Assembly (NCBI GenBank): GCA_963843375.1
Contig: CAWJKT010000010.1
Span: 1-64,000 of the forward strand
From: an uncultured Pseudomonadota bacterium
Lineage (GTDB): Bacteria > Oederibacteriota > Muellerivitia > Muellerivitales > Muellerivitaceae
Reading direction: 5' to 3'
DNA: 64,000 nt
Shown piece after piece: positions 1 through 11,749 of this stretch (the stretch's first letter is position 1; every line of letters begins with the position of its first letter). The notes under the pieces were generated by a model. It was given only the letters and a program-made list of their open reading frames with translations. It had not been told where the DNA came from and searched no databases. The translations under genes and the position numbers were made by a program.

Positions 1-78
1 GGGGCGCAGCAAGGCCGGTTGGTGGTCCGACACCGCCCCACTGCCGCTCCCCCGCAGGTCGAGAACCGAAAGAGACAC

Positions 79-1557
79 GTGGCCGTCGTCCGTATGAATC
101 AGAAGATCGCCGTGGGCATCGTGTTCGTGTCGGCCATGTTCATGAACATCATGGACATCACGATCGTGAACGTCGCGCTGCCCACCATCGGACGCGACTT
201 CAACATCCCGCCCACCGCGGTCGACGGGGTCGTGATCGCCTACCTGGTCAGCCTGGCCGTCTTCATCCCGGCGTCGGGCTGGCTGGGCGACCGCTTCGGC
301 GGGAAGCGGGTCCTCCTCACCGCCATCGTCGTCTTCACCATCGGCTCGGCGCTGTGCGGCATGGCGCAGAACATGACCGAGCTGGTGCTCTTCCGCGTCA
401 TTCAGGGTGCGGGCGGCGGCATGATGGCCCCGGTCGGGATGGCCATGCTCTACCGGGTCTTCCCGCCGGCCGAACGGGTGCGGGCGGCCAGCATCCTGAC
501 CCTCGGCACCACCGTGGCCCCCGCCGTCGGACCGGTGCTGGGTGGCTTCCTGGTCACCAATTTCTCGTGGCGCTGGGTCTTCTTCGTCAACGTGCCGATC
601 GGCATTGTGGCCGTCCTCTTCGGCGCGCTCGTCCTGGAGAAGGTCGAGGCCATCGACGCCGGCCGCTTCGACGTGCCCGGGTTCGTCCTGGGCGGCGCCG
701 GGCTGGGGCTGCTTGATGTACGGCATCTCCGAGGGCCCGCTCCAGGGGTGGTCGTCGGTCGACGGTGATCGCGACCTGCGTCGAGCGGCGCCGCGCTGCT
801 GCTGGCGTTCGTCCTGGTGGAGCTGCGCACCACCCGGCCGATGGTGGACCTGCACCTGCTCCGGGAGCGCCTGTTCCGCTCGACCAACTGCGTGATGTTC
901 CTCGCCGCCGCCGCGTTCCTGGGCCTGCTCTACCTCATTCCGCTCTACTTCCAGGACGCCGGGGACTGTCGGCGCTGCAGTCCGGTCTCTCCACCTTCCC
1001 CGAGGCGTTCGGCGTGATGATCGGCGCCCAGTTCGCCAGCCGCTTCATCTATCCGCGCATCGGGCCCCGTCGCCACATCACCGGCGGGCTGCTCGGGCTC
1101 GCCGCTCTGCATGCTCGCTGCTGACCCAGATCACGCGTGACCACCAATCTCTGGCTCATCCGTGGCCTCATGTTCGTCCTGGGCTGGATGATGGCCCAGG
1201 TGATGGTGCCGAACCAGGCGGCGGCCTTCGCCATGATCACGCCGGACTCCATGGGACGAGCCTCGACCTTCTTCAACACCATGCGCCAGGTCGGGAGCGC
1301 GACCGGTGTCGCCGTCCTCTCCACCGTCTTGATCAGCGTGGGCGCGGCGCATGGCCAGCGGCGAGCACGTCGTCCCCCGACATCACGGGCTACCGCTTCG
1401 CCTTCCTCGTCGCGGCGATCTTCGCCCTGGCCGCCGCGGCCTTCTCCCTCACCATCCACGACAGCGACGCGGCGGCAGACCATCGTCCGGCGCGTCCGGC
1501 GACCCGCCGCCGTGCCGACGCCAGCAGATCCCGGTCCCCGAAGGCAGCCCCGCATGA
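79..1557 (+). CDS. DHA2 (EmrB/QacA-type) MFS efflux transporter, frameshifted
   Basis: MDITIVNVALPTI, GWLGDRFGGKR (motif A) and GPVLGGFL..SWRWVFFVNVPIG; continues through ORFs 817, 765 and 1137; probable stop overlaps LOG start (ATGA). Confidence 0.9.
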
Positions 1558-2127
1558 CGACCGTCGAGACCCTCTGCGTGTTCTGCGGCTCGAGCCCCGG
1601 GGTCGATCCGGCCTTCACGGCGGCCGCCGAGCGATTCGGCGCCGCCGTCGCCGGGCGCGGCATCGAGCTCGTCTACGGCGGCGCCTCGGTCGGCCTGATG
1701 GGCGTGGTGGCCGATGCCGCACTGGCGGCGGGCGGACGGGCGACCGGCGTCATCACCGAGTCCCTGGCCGGCCACGAGATCGCCCACGAGCACCTTGAGC
1801 GACCTGCACGTGGTGAGCACCATGCACGAGCGCAAGGCGCTCATGTCCGAGCTGTCGGACGCCTTCGTCATGCTGCCGGGCGGGTTCGGGACCTACGAGG
1901 AGTTCATGGAGTCCGTGACCTGGGCGCAACTGGGCATCCACGACAAGCCGTGCGGCATCCTCAATGTCGACGGCTTCTTCGACAACCTGCTCGGCTTCGT
2001 GCGCCACGCCGTCGCCCAGGGCTTCATCAAGGCCCGCCAGGTCGACGCGCTGGTGATCTCCGACGACGTCGACGAGCTGCTCACCGCGCTGGTGGGCTCG
2101 ACCCGGGATCCGATCGCGGCCCGATAG
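1554..2127 (+). CDS. LOG-family phosphoribohydrolase (Rossmann fold), one frameshift near 1795
   Basis: LCVFCGSS, LVYGGASVGLMG, MHERKALM, PGGFGTYEE signature. Confidence 0.93.
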
Positions 2128-2141
2128 ACGAGCCGCAGCGC

Positions 2142-3181
2142 TCAGGCCGGACCAGGGAGCAACAGCACGTCGCGGAGCTCGTCGGTCTCGCCCCAGTCGG
2201 CCAGGAGCTCGGCCACCGAGGCGTACGGCTTCTCGGCACCGGTGGCCTTCTCCAGGAGCGACGGCGTGTAGCCCAACTTCTCGAAGGAGCCCAGGTACTC
2301 CGCGACCGTGGTGCCCGACACGCGGCGCAGCATCTCGTCCTTGAGCTCGGTGGTGACGATGGGGCGGTCACGCGCGATGAGGCGCGTGGCGCCCTCCACC
2401 ACGCGGCCCTCCGCCCCCTCGACGTCCATCTTCAAGAATCCCACCGGCCCCTCCACGAGATCGTCGAGGCGGAAGGTGGGGACGACGGTGCCCGGGTGCG
2501 ACAGGAGGTCCCCGTCGTCGATCAGGCCGCCGTTGGAGCCGACGTGCGTCGAGTAGTAGGCCCACCCGTCGCCCTGTCCGCCGCCACGGGCAGCAGCTGC
2601 ACGTTCGTGATGTCGTTCAGGCGCAGCGACGACAACAGGAGACGGCAATTCTCCGAGTTCGGCTCCAGGGCGACGACCCGCCGGCGGGCCCACCAGCCGG
2701 GAGGCCGAACAGCGAGTAGTACCCGAGGTTGGCGCCGACGTCGACCACCGTCATCCCGCTCGTGCAGTACTTCTCGAACACGGCGGACAGATGCGCTTCG
2801 TAGTGGCCCGAGAGCAATCCGGGGGTGACGGCGGCGTCGGCGGCGTCGCACAGCAGCTCCACGCCGCCGACGGTGCAGCGCACGGCGTCCTCCTCGGCCA
2901 GCTGCACCGAGAACGCGGTCGGTGCCACCTGGTGCTCAATCGTCCCGAGCATGCGGCGGATGGTCGAGACCCGGGCCAGATCGCCCGCGGCCGCCTCGGT
3001 CGACATCCGGCCGGAGGTCGTCGGGCAGCGTCGGGTACAACAGATCGACGAGCTGGTCGTAGGTGAGGCCCCGCGGCGGCGGCTCCGGCATGGTGCCGCC
3101 CAGCCCCTGCACGACGCGGTCCCGCAACGGCTTCAGCTTCTCCTTGACGGCGTGCTCCCAGGTCTCGTGCGCCTCGCCCAT
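2142..3181 (-). CDS. FkbM-family methyltransferase, frameshifted
   Basis: VVDVGANLGYYSL, VVALEPNSEN and FLKMDVEGAE across ORFs 3190, 3006, 2851 and 2693. Confidence 0.88.
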
Positions 3182-3258
3182 TTCGGGCAACGGTATCCGC
3201 TGGCCAGAAGGCCTGGTCGCTAGTGTCGTCCTGCAACCGAGGCAACGGAGGGACCACC

Positions 3259-3750
3259 GTGTCGAGCGAAGAGCGAATCGCCGCCAGCCGGACCGTGACG
3301 GCCAGTCCGGCCGAGGTCTTCCTGATCGTCACGGACCCCGCCATGCACGTCGAGATCGACGGCTCGGGCATGCTCGAGGCAGCCCCGGGGTCCCGGCGTG
3401 TCGAGGCGCCCGGCGACACCTTCGTGATGGACATGGACCGCGAGTCCCTGGGTGACCAGCCGATGGGCAAGTACAAGTCCGTCAACACGGTGACCAGGAT
3501 CGTTCCCGACGAGCTTCTCGAGTGGAACGTCGGCCTGCCCGGACAGGGCCCGTTCGGCCACGTCTACGGGTGGGAGATCACCGCGGTCGGCCCGGGCGAG
3601 ACGAGGGTGACCAACTACTGCGAGTGGCCGGACATCCCCGAGTTCGCCCGCCCGCACTTCCCGATCGTGCCGTTGGCCATGCTGGAGAAGTCGGTCGACA
3701 ACCTGGCCGCGCTCCTGGCGCGCACAGTCCTCGGGACCTTGAGCCGCTGA
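3259..3750 (+). CDS. SRPBCC/polyketide cyclase-like protein
   Basis: SRTVTASPAEVF..DPAMHVEIDGSG..LEW..YGWEI..TRVT pattern; GGAGG RBS before GTG at 3259. Confidence 0.8.
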   Translation: MSSEERIAASRTVTASPAEVFLIVTDPAMHVEIDGSGMLEAAPGSRRVEAPGDTFVMDMDRESLGDQPMGKYKSVNTVTRIVPDELLEWNVGLPGQGPFGHVYGWEITAVGPGETRVTNYCEWPDIPEFARPHFPIVPLAMLEKSVDNLAALLARTVLGTLSR

Positions 3751-3777
3751 ATCAGTCCGAGGACGGCCGTTTCGGTT

Positions 3778-4065
3778 TCAGACAGGAGAGCGATTGATGC
3801 CGACTGACGCAGCTCCACCCGCCAGGGGCTCGACTCGCCTCACCTCACCGGCCAAGCGAAGAAAGACAGAACCGTTGGAGTCGAGCATGAACACGAGCCG
3901 TGTCCCAATTCCGATGTCACGTGCGCCCTCAAGGAGCTCGAGGGCTGCCCCATTGAGAGTGACGTCGACCACCCGGCATTCGGCCCAATAGGTACTCCCT
4001 TCGACGGAACAACGACCCACCCAGCCGGGCGTCTGGACGCGGGGGTCCCTTCGGAGTTCGTCCAC
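3778..4065 (-). CDS. PilZ domain protein (c-di-GMP receptor)
   Basis: RxxxR (RRDPR) and D-x-[S/T]-x-x-G (DVTLNG) motifs, GEVRR; GAAGGAG RBS. Confidence 0.78.
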   Translation of the reverse strand: MDELRRDPRVQTPGWVGRCSVEGSTYWAECRVVDVTLNGAALELLEGARDIGIGTRLVFMLDSNGSVFLRLAGEVRRVEPLAGGAASVGINRSPV

Positions 4066-4267
4066 CTACTTCTTCTCCTTCGTTCGGTCCGGCGACTCCA
4101 GCTCGCACCGCCTGGTCTCCGCGAGCTGCGTCCGAGTCACTTCTGGCTCGAAGATTGTCCAAGGCCCCGACCGCCGTCCTAGTAGGCGGCCGTCACCTCT
4201 CACTAGGCAGAGATCCCGATATCGTTCTGCAAGGTCCGTGCCACAACATCTGTCACGGGGGTGACAC

Positions 4268-5292
4268 ATGGCCTCGGCGGAACTAGACGAACTCGTACGG
4301 TCGTGTCAGGAGCTTCCGGTCCCGGCCATCCTGACGACCCTTGAGACCCACAAGTACGTCGGGGTGAACGACGGGGCGGCCGCAGTTTTTTGGCGCCCCC
4401 GCAGCGGACCTCATCGGTGACGACGTCTTGTGCCACATTGATGCCCGCGACCGTGAGGCATCCAGGCTCGCCTACGCGGCCTTGGCTGCTCGTGTGATCG
4501 ACGGCTACCAGGTGCATCGCCGGATCGTCACACCAGACGGAACGGTCGTAAGTCTCAGCGTCTGGGGACGCCGAGTGGAGGCCGGTGGCCAGCTCTACGG
4601 TATGTGGGTCCTCGGCCCGGCATCAGCACCGGCGATCGCCGTCGAGACGCTCGTGGCAGGCGCTTCCGATGTCGTCCTGGCCGTAACCGATCACGACTGG
4701 CTGATCGAATATATGAACGCCGATGCGCACATTCTCGGCGTCACCGGCTCAGAGCTTCGAGGCTTTCCGCTGCTGGGTTTGGTTCATCCGTCCGCGGCGA
4801 GTGAGTTCTTGGCCGTGGCGCGCCGAGCGGCAGTCGACCACCTTGGTGTCACTGTGTTCACTCGCATGCGGGTAGGACAAGACGGCTGGGCCGAGCGCCA
4901 TTGCTACCTGGTTCCCGTTTGCGAACACGAACCGCCACGACTGGGCGTCGTCATAAGCCCCGGAACGCTGCCGACCGCAGATGGTTCTTCGGGGGGTCAG
5001 CTCGACGAGCAGGTTCGCCATGCCGCTCTCGAGGCGAGAGCAAACCGGGCGCTCAGCGCCCTACCAGCGCTCGCACACTTGCCGAGGGGCAGCGAGCTCT
5101 CAGTTCGCCAAACCGAGATCGTGGCTCGGCTCGTTGCCGGTGAGAGCACCTCCGACATCGCGGCAGGCGATGTTTCTCAGCCCCAGCACCGTGCGAAATC
5201 ACCTCGTCGCCGTCTACCGCAAGTTCGGTGTCCACTCCCAGGCTGAACTTTTGGCTGCGCTCCTCCGAGGCTTCGTTGACTTCAGGGGATGA
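4268..5292 (+). CDS. PAS-PAS-LuxR HTH transcriptional regulator, frameshifted
   Basis: Manual reading from ATG 4268 gives a PAS segment (VGVNDGAAAVFG..LIG..HIDARD); second PAS (IEYMNADAHILG..LVHP); LuxR HTH LSVRQTEIV..FLSPSTVRNHLVAVYRKFGVHSQAEL. Confidence 0.82.
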
Positions 5293-5436
5293 GGCCGTGC
5301 GATCCCCGGTTCATCGCCAGCAATGAGCCATCACATCCCCGGTAGGCTCAGCCGGCACAGCAAATCTTCCGTGAGTGCCCACTCGCACTTCGGGATGTCA
5401 TTCGACTGAACATCGGAGAAGGGAGGTGCTCGCCAG

Positions 5437-6016
5437 ATGAGTCGACACGCGGCATGGCTAGGGAGTGGCGTGCTCCTGCTGGGCCTCTCGGTGGCCCTCG
5501 TCCCGCGACGGCGACGGCGGCCTCGGCCGGTAGCCACAATTCCAAGTCGTCACACCACAAGCCGAAGCGGGGATCGTCCAAGGGCGGCTCGAGCTCGGAG
5601 TTCGTCAAGGTGGGTCCCCTCAAATGCCCGAAGTCGTCGATCATCACCACCGCCACCGGCTCGACGTTCAAGGGCCCGAACTCTCAGAATGGCGGCACGG
5701 CGGCCTGCATCTACCAGGATCAAGCGGGTGACGAGCTGAACGTGATCTACGAGCTCGCCCGGCGAATCCAAGAGCAAGTGGGTCGCGACCGATCCGTCAA
5801 ACATCGGCCAGCCGGCTCCGGCCGTGTCGGGGCTGGGCGAGGCAGCCTTCGACACGACGACCCTACGGGCACGCCGAGGTTGATATCTACGAGTCGTCCT
5901 CAAAGGAAGTCGCCGTGACCCTCGACCCCGCCAATGGGGCCAGTGTCACACCGGCGGAGCTGACCGAGGTCTTAGCGGTGGGCCATTCCTTGGTCAGGTT
6001 GCCCTACCCGGGCTGA
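5437..6016 (+). CDS. Secreted hypothetical protein, frameshifted
   Basis: Signal-peptide-like N-terminus, Ser/Lys/His-rich linker, two Cys, VSGLGEAAF segment; GGGAGGT RBS. Confidence 0.55.
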
Positions 6017-6131
6017 CCGGGCCAGCGTGTCGATCCGCCACCTCGAACTCGATCCGTCGGTCGACTCCCAAGGCAGGTCGCGGATCATCCTCTGAGGGTT
6101 CACCTGTCCCAGAAAATCTGACACGTCACAA

Positions 6132-6208
6132 TGGCGCCCTCGGCAGGACTCGAACCTGCGACCCGCTGATTAGAAGTCAGCCGCTCTGTCCAGCTGAGCT
6201 ACGAGGGC
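6132..6208 (-). tRNA. tRNA-Arg (anticodon UCU)
   Basis: Reverse complement GCCCTCGTAGCTCAGCTGGACAGAGCGGCTGACTTCTAATCAGCGGGTCGCAGGTTCGAGTCCTGCCGAGGGCGCCA: full cloverleaf, GTTCGA T-loop, encoded CCA. Confidence 0.97.
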
Positions 6209-6325
6209 AGCGCTCCAGCCTGACATAGCTGGTCGGAGCCACGTGAGCATCCCGCCACAGCCGCCCCGGCACCCCCGTGAGGCATACCGAAGGGCGCCGG
6301 GAGGTGTGCCACACTTGTGCCCCTC

Positions 6326-6403
6326 GGTGGGCGTAGCTCAGTCGGTTAGAGCGCCAGGTTGTGGTCCTGGAGGTCGGGGGTTCGAGACCCCTCGCTCACC
6401 CCC
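6326..6403 (+). tRNA. tRNA-His (anticodon GUG)
   Basis: G-1 plus GTGGGCG/CGCTCAC acceptor stem, CCAGG-TTGTGGT-CCTGG anticodon arm, GGTTCGA, C73 discriminator. Confidence 0.97.
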
Positions 6404-6475
6404 AAGCAGTCGCGTTCCCTCTCCCGGAGGGCGTGCGGCAGACAGAAGTCGGCGCGGCCAGGGGAGGTTCGCAGG

Positions 6476-7270
6476 GTGAGTGCTGCGCAGAGTGGACGGA
6501 CGGTCCTCGTCACCGGCGCGTCGTCGGGCATCGGCGCCGCCCTGGCCCGCACCCTCGCCGCCCGGGGCGACACCGTGGCGCTGGTGGCCCGGCGGGCCGA
6601 CCGGCTCGAGGCGGTGCGTGGCGGATTGCCTCGCCACCTCGCCCGCCTCCGAAGTCTGGGCGGCCGACCTGTCGGAGCCGGAGGCGGCCGCGCACCTGGC
6701 CCTGCAGATCTGGGACTTCTACGGCGGGCTCGACGTGCTCGTCAACAACGCCGCCGTCCCGATGCGCCGGCACGTCACCCGCCTGACCATGGACGAGGTC
6801 GAGCGGACCATGCGCATCAACTACTTCTCCCCCGTCGCCATGTCGCTGGCGCGTCCTGCCCCGCATGCTCGAGCGCAGCTCCGGCACGATCGTGAACGTC
6901 TCGAGCCTCGGCGGGCGGTTGGGCATCACGGCCGAAGCCGCCTATTCGGGGTCGAAGTTCGCGCTCGCCGGCTGGAGCGAGTCCATGGTGGTCGACCTCG
7001 ACGGCACGGGCGTCTCGGTCAAGCTGATCATCCCGGGCGCCATCGACACCGAAATCTGGGACCAGCCCGACAACGACGCCCCGCTCTACGACGGGCCCAA
7101 GGAGCCGCCGGAAGACGATCGCCGAGGGCATCGCCGACGCCATCGACAGCGACCAGTTCGAGCACTACCTGCCCGACATGAAGGCGATCATCGAGGCCAA
7201 GACGTCCGACATCGACAGCTTCATCGTGGGCATGCGCGCCTTGGGCGGCCCGGAAGGGACGGGACAGTGA
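6476..7270 (+). CDS. Short-chain dehydrogenase/reductase, frameshifted
   Basis: TGASSGIG, VLVNNA, VSS, YSGSK (YxxxK), PGAIDT. Confidence 0.92.
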
Positions 7271-8507
7271 AGGCGTTGCTCTTCGGCGCACCACCGGACA
7301 AGGAAGAGGTCCGGCCCACCCCCGAGGACGAGCTGGAGACCATGCTCGCCGGCATCCCCTTCGGCCTGCACGACATCGACGACGCCCGCCTCGTCCGCCC
7401 CGACTGGGTGGTGACCCGGCCGATCCTCTCGGGCATCTGCGGCTCCGACGCCAAGCTCGTGCTGGGCGACTTCAACACGGGCGACATCGACAACCCGATG
7501 GCCGCCTTCTCCTCGCTGCCCCACGTGCCCGGGCACGAGGTGGTGGCCGAGGTCGTCGCGCTCGGACCGGAGGCCCGCGGGCTCGACGTCGGCCAGCGCG
7601 TCGTCCTCAACCCGTGGCTGACCTGCGCGCCCCGCGGCATCGCCCCGCTGTGCCCGCCCTGCCAGGCCGGCGACCTCAGCCTGTGCTGGAGCTTCACGAA
7701 AGGCGACCTGGGCCCCGGCGTGCACGTCGGCGTCATCACCGGCGCGCCCGGCGCCTGGGCCGAGCAGCTGGCGGCGCACGACTCCATGCTGATCCCGGTG
7801 CCCGACGGCATCTCCGACGAGGCCGCCGTCCTGGCCGATCCCTTCTCCGTGTCCTTCCACGCCATCGTGCGCCACCCGCCGCCGCGCGTCGGGGCGGGTG
7901 CTCGTCTACGGCGCCGGCGCCCTCGGCCTCACCAGCGTGGCCATCCTCAAGGCGCTCTACCCGGGCGTCGAGGTCGGGGTGGTCGCCCGCTTCGAGGCCC
8001 AGCGCGACATGGCGGCGCGCTTCGGGGCCGACGCCGTCTTCGCCCACGAGCCGCGGCTCGCAGCTCGTCGAGGAGCTGGCCGCGTGGTCGGGCGCCGTCC
8101 TGCACCAGCCGCTCGACGGGCTCCCCGTGACGCATCCCGGGCACATCGACGTCGTCTACGACTCCATCGCCAAGGCCGAGACGCTCGAGGTGGGCGTGCG
8201 CGTCCTGGCCGAGCGGGGCCGGCTCGTCTACACGGGCGTCGCCACGCCCGAGCGGTGGGAGTCGACCCCGATCTACTTCAAGGAGATCACCATCGCCGGG
8301 TCGAACGCCTTCGGCATGGAGGACTTCGAGGGTCGCCGCCTCCACGCCATCGCGCTCTACCTCGAGCTGGTCCGCGACGGCCGGCTCGACATCACGCCCA
8401 TGCTCACGCACCGCTTCGGGCTCCAGGAGTGGTGGCCCGCCCTCAAGGCCCTGGCCCGCCAGGACCGCAGCGGCGCGCTGAAGGTGGCCTTCACCCCCAA
8501 CGGATAG
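7267..8507 (+). CDS. Zn-dependent (MDR) alcohol dehydrogenase, frameshifted
   Basis: GICGSD, GHEVV, structural Cys cluster, YGAGALG Rossmann motif, LTHRF..KV. Confidence 0.9.
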
Positions 8508-8513
8508 GCCCGG

Positions 8514-9919
8514 CTACGCGCCCGTGCCCAGGTCGCTGAACTTCTCGTAGCGCACGTCGGCGGCGCGCACCCAGGCCGGGTCCGGTTCGATCGTCCGGCC
8601 CACGGCGGACCAGCGCGTCGAGTCGTCCAGCGACGTCTCGAGCCCGGCGGCCAGGCGGGCGAAGTACGCCGCGCCGAGCGCGGCGCCCTCGGGAACGGCG
8701 ACGGTGTCGACCGGCAGGTTGGTGGCGTCGGCCACCGCGGCCATCCACGCCGTCACCCGCGAGCCGCCGCCGCTGGCCACGATCCGGGTGGGCTTGACGC
8801 CGGCGCGCTCGATCATGCGCCGCACCACGAACCCGCTCGCCTCGTAGGCGGCCCGCTCGAGCGCCTCGGCACCCGACCCGATGTCGAGCCCGTAGATGTT
8901 CGAGCGCAGCGTGTGGTCCTCGAAGGGCGTGCGCTCGCCCCGCACGTAGGGCAGCCAGACCGGGACCCGACCCGGCTGTCCGAGCCGGGGCTCGAGCTGC
9001 TCGCGCTCGGGGCCCGGGCCGCGGCGTCCCGCGCAGCAGGTGGCGGGCCCAGTCCACGAAGAGGGCGCCGGCGTTGCTCGGGCCGCCGACGAGGAAGCGG
9101 TCCGGCGTGGTGCTGGGGTAGCTGATGAGGCCGTCGACGGTCAGCCACTCGTCGCACACCACCCAGCAGATGAGCGTGGCCCCGAAGATCACCAGGACGT
9201 CGCCCGGGTGGACGGCGCCCGACACGATCTGGTCGCACAGGGCGTCGATGGTCCCGCCCGTGAATGACGGCGTCGCTCCCGGGCAGCGTGCCGGCGGCCT
9301 GGCCCATGGGCACGACCGCCGGCATCTGCTGCTCGGCCACGCCCATCGAGCCCAGCAGCTCGGTGTTCCAGCGCCCGTGGGTGTGGAGCAGGCCCGAGCG
9401 AGGCGGTGACACCGGTGTCGATCGGCCGGCAGTGCCCGAGATGGCGTGGGTGGCCACGGCCTGGCAGGGCCAGTAGCCCCGGGCATCGGGCACCTCGGTG
9501 GAGGCCCAGCGGAGGAAGCCCTCGGCGTCGGGCATCGTTCCCGGCAACAGGACGGCAGTCGCCGGAAGCGGTCGCCGACGGCCCGGCCCTCGCGGTCCCC
9601 GTAGAGGAGGCCCGGCAGCACCGGCACACCCTGCTTGTTGACGGCGGTGAGCGACGGGACCATGGAGGCCACCGCGACGCCGGCCAGCGAGTTCCCCTCC
9701 GCCTGCGAGCTGCGCGGTCACCTGCTCGAAGGCCTTGCGCGGCCCGGACCGCCAGGCCCGCTTGGCGTCGTGGCGCAGGATGTCGGGCTCGGGCGCCACG
9801 ACGCTGTGGGCCACCCTGCTGCGCGCCACGACCTGGCCGTTCTCGTCGACGGCCAGCGCCTTCACCGACGTGGTGCCCACGTCGACGCCGACAGTGACCG
9901 GTCGCCCGGACGACTTCAT
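8514..9919 (-). CDS. FGGY-family carbohydrate kinase, frameshifted
   Basis: VGVDVGTTSVK, GGTIDALCDQ, PYVRGERTP, ASGGGSR, GAALGAA. Confidence 0.9.
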
Positions 9920-9924
9920 GAATC

Positions 9925-9938
9925 TGACACGCGTGTCA
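9925..9938. promoter_or_regulatory. Operator-like palindrome TGACACGCGTGTCA
   Basis: Perfect 14-bp palindrome between the divergent FGGY kinase and 2-hydroxyacid dehydrogenase. Confidence 0.75.
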
Positions 9939-9988
9939 TGATCCGCCATTATGGACGACGCCCGCCCCCGAAGGAGAGTTCAACCGAC

Positions 9989-10973
9989 ATGACAGGTTCC
10001 CGCCCGAAGGCTCTGGTGACGGCCGCTGTAAGCGGTCCCGGCCTCGACCTGCTGCACCAGCTGGCGGATCTCGTCCTCGATTCGTGGCTGGACCAGCCCT
10101 CTCTCCGCATCTACAACGCCGCCCAGCTGGCCGAGCGGGCGGCGGCGGAGGGCGCCAACATCGTCATCGTCGAGAGCGACGTCTGCGGCGCCGACCTCTA
10201 CGAGCAGCCCATTCTCGCCGTGTGCAGCTGCCGCGGTGATCCCACCAACGTCGACGTGGCGGCCGCGACCGCGGCCGGGGTGCCCGTGCTGCGTGCCCCG
10301 GGACGCAACGCGGACGCCGTGGCCGAGCTGGCCGTGGCCCTTCTCTTCGCCGCCACCCGCGGCGTCGTCCCGGCCGATCGCGACGTGCGGGAAGGCGAGA
10401 TCTACCGCGACGGGAAGATCCCCTACCAGCGCTACCGGGCCTGGGAGCTGGCCGGCCAGACGGTCGGCCTGGTCGGGCTCGGCGCGGTGGGGCGCGCGCT
10501 GCGCTGGCGCCTGCGCGGCCTCGGCATGGACGTCCTCGCCTACGACCCCTACGCCCCCGACGCCACCAGCTCGCTTCGACGAGCTGCTGGCCAAGTCCGA
10601 CGTGATCTCGGTGCACGCGCCGGTGACGGAGGAGACGACCGGCATGATCAACGCCGATGCGTTCGCCAAAATGCGCGACGGCGTCGTCTACCTGAACACC
10701 GCCCGGGCCAAGATCCACGACACCGACGCGCTGGTGGCCGCGCTGGCCTCGGGCAAGGTCCGCGCGGCCGGGCTGGACCACTTCGAGGGCGAGCACCTGG
10801 CGACGGACCACCCGCTGACGACGTTCCCCCAGGTCGTGCTGACGCCCCACATCGGCGGCGCCACCTACGACACCGAGTCCAACCACACGTCCATGATCGC
10901 CGAGGACCTGTGCCGGCTCATGGCCGGGGCGCGGCCGCTGCACATCGTCAACCCCGAGGTCCTTCCTTCCTGA
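9989..10973 (+). CDS. D-isomer-specific 2-hydroxyacid dehydrogenase, one frameshift
   Basis: PGRNADAVAE, GLVGLGAVG, AYDPY, LNTARA, LTPHIGG. Confidence 0.92.
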
Positions 10974-10974
10974 C

Positions 10975-11704
10975 GTGGCGGCGCGCCAGCCGACCATCAT
11001 CGCCACCTCCATCGGCTTCCTGGCCGAAGGGCCCGATCCGGCCAACCTGCGGCCGGGGCCCTCCTATCGACTGGCGGCCGAGCTGGCGCGGCGCGGGCAC
11101 GCACCCCCGCCTCTGCATCATCGCCACCGCCATGGGGGACGACTCCACCCGGCTGGCGGCCGTTCACAACGCGTTCTCCAAGCTGGGCTTCATCAGCTCG
11201 CACCTGACCCTCTTCCCGATGCCCAACGTGCCCGACGTGCGCGCCCACCTGCTGGCCCAGGACGTCATCTGGGTCGGGGGAGGCAGCACGGCCAACCTGC
11301 TGGCGCTGTGGCGGCTGCACGGGCTCGACGTCGTCCTCCGCGAATGCTGGGAGGCCGGCGTCGTCCTCAAGGGGGTCTCGGCCGGCTCGCTGTGCTGGCA
11401 CGTGGGCGGCACGACCGACTCCTTCGGCCCCACCCTGGTGCCGATCACCAACGGGCTGGCCTTCCTGCCCTACTCCAACAGCCCGCACCACGACGCCGAG
11501 GAGCAGCGCCGGCCGCTCATCCACCGCCTCATCGCCGAGGGCACGCTGCCCGACGGCTACGCCACGGAGAACGGCACCGGCCTCGTCTTCTTCGGGACCG
11601 AGCTGGTGGACGCCTTCACCGAGGTCGAGGGCAAGCTGGCCTACTCGCTCACCCGGGAAGGCGCGATGACCCGCGAGCGGGCGCTCGACACGCGGCTGCT
11701 CTGA
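10975..11704 (+). CDS. Peptidase E (family S51), frameshifted
   Basis: VIWVGGGSTANLL, GVSAG nucleophile, TTDSFG, PHHD. Confidence 0.88.
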
Positions 11705-11749
11705 CCCACCGGCTCCGCGGGACCGGCACGACTCTCGGGATCTGCCGCC

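Noticed and set aside
6119..6128. TGACACGTCA beside the tRNA-Arg 3' end as a ninth operator
   Set aside because: The spacer is 2 bp rather than 6, and the site is not upstream of a gene
6400..6404. Extra C at the tRNA-His 3' end (CCCCA)
   Set aside because: Most simply a homopolymer error or a non-encoded CCA
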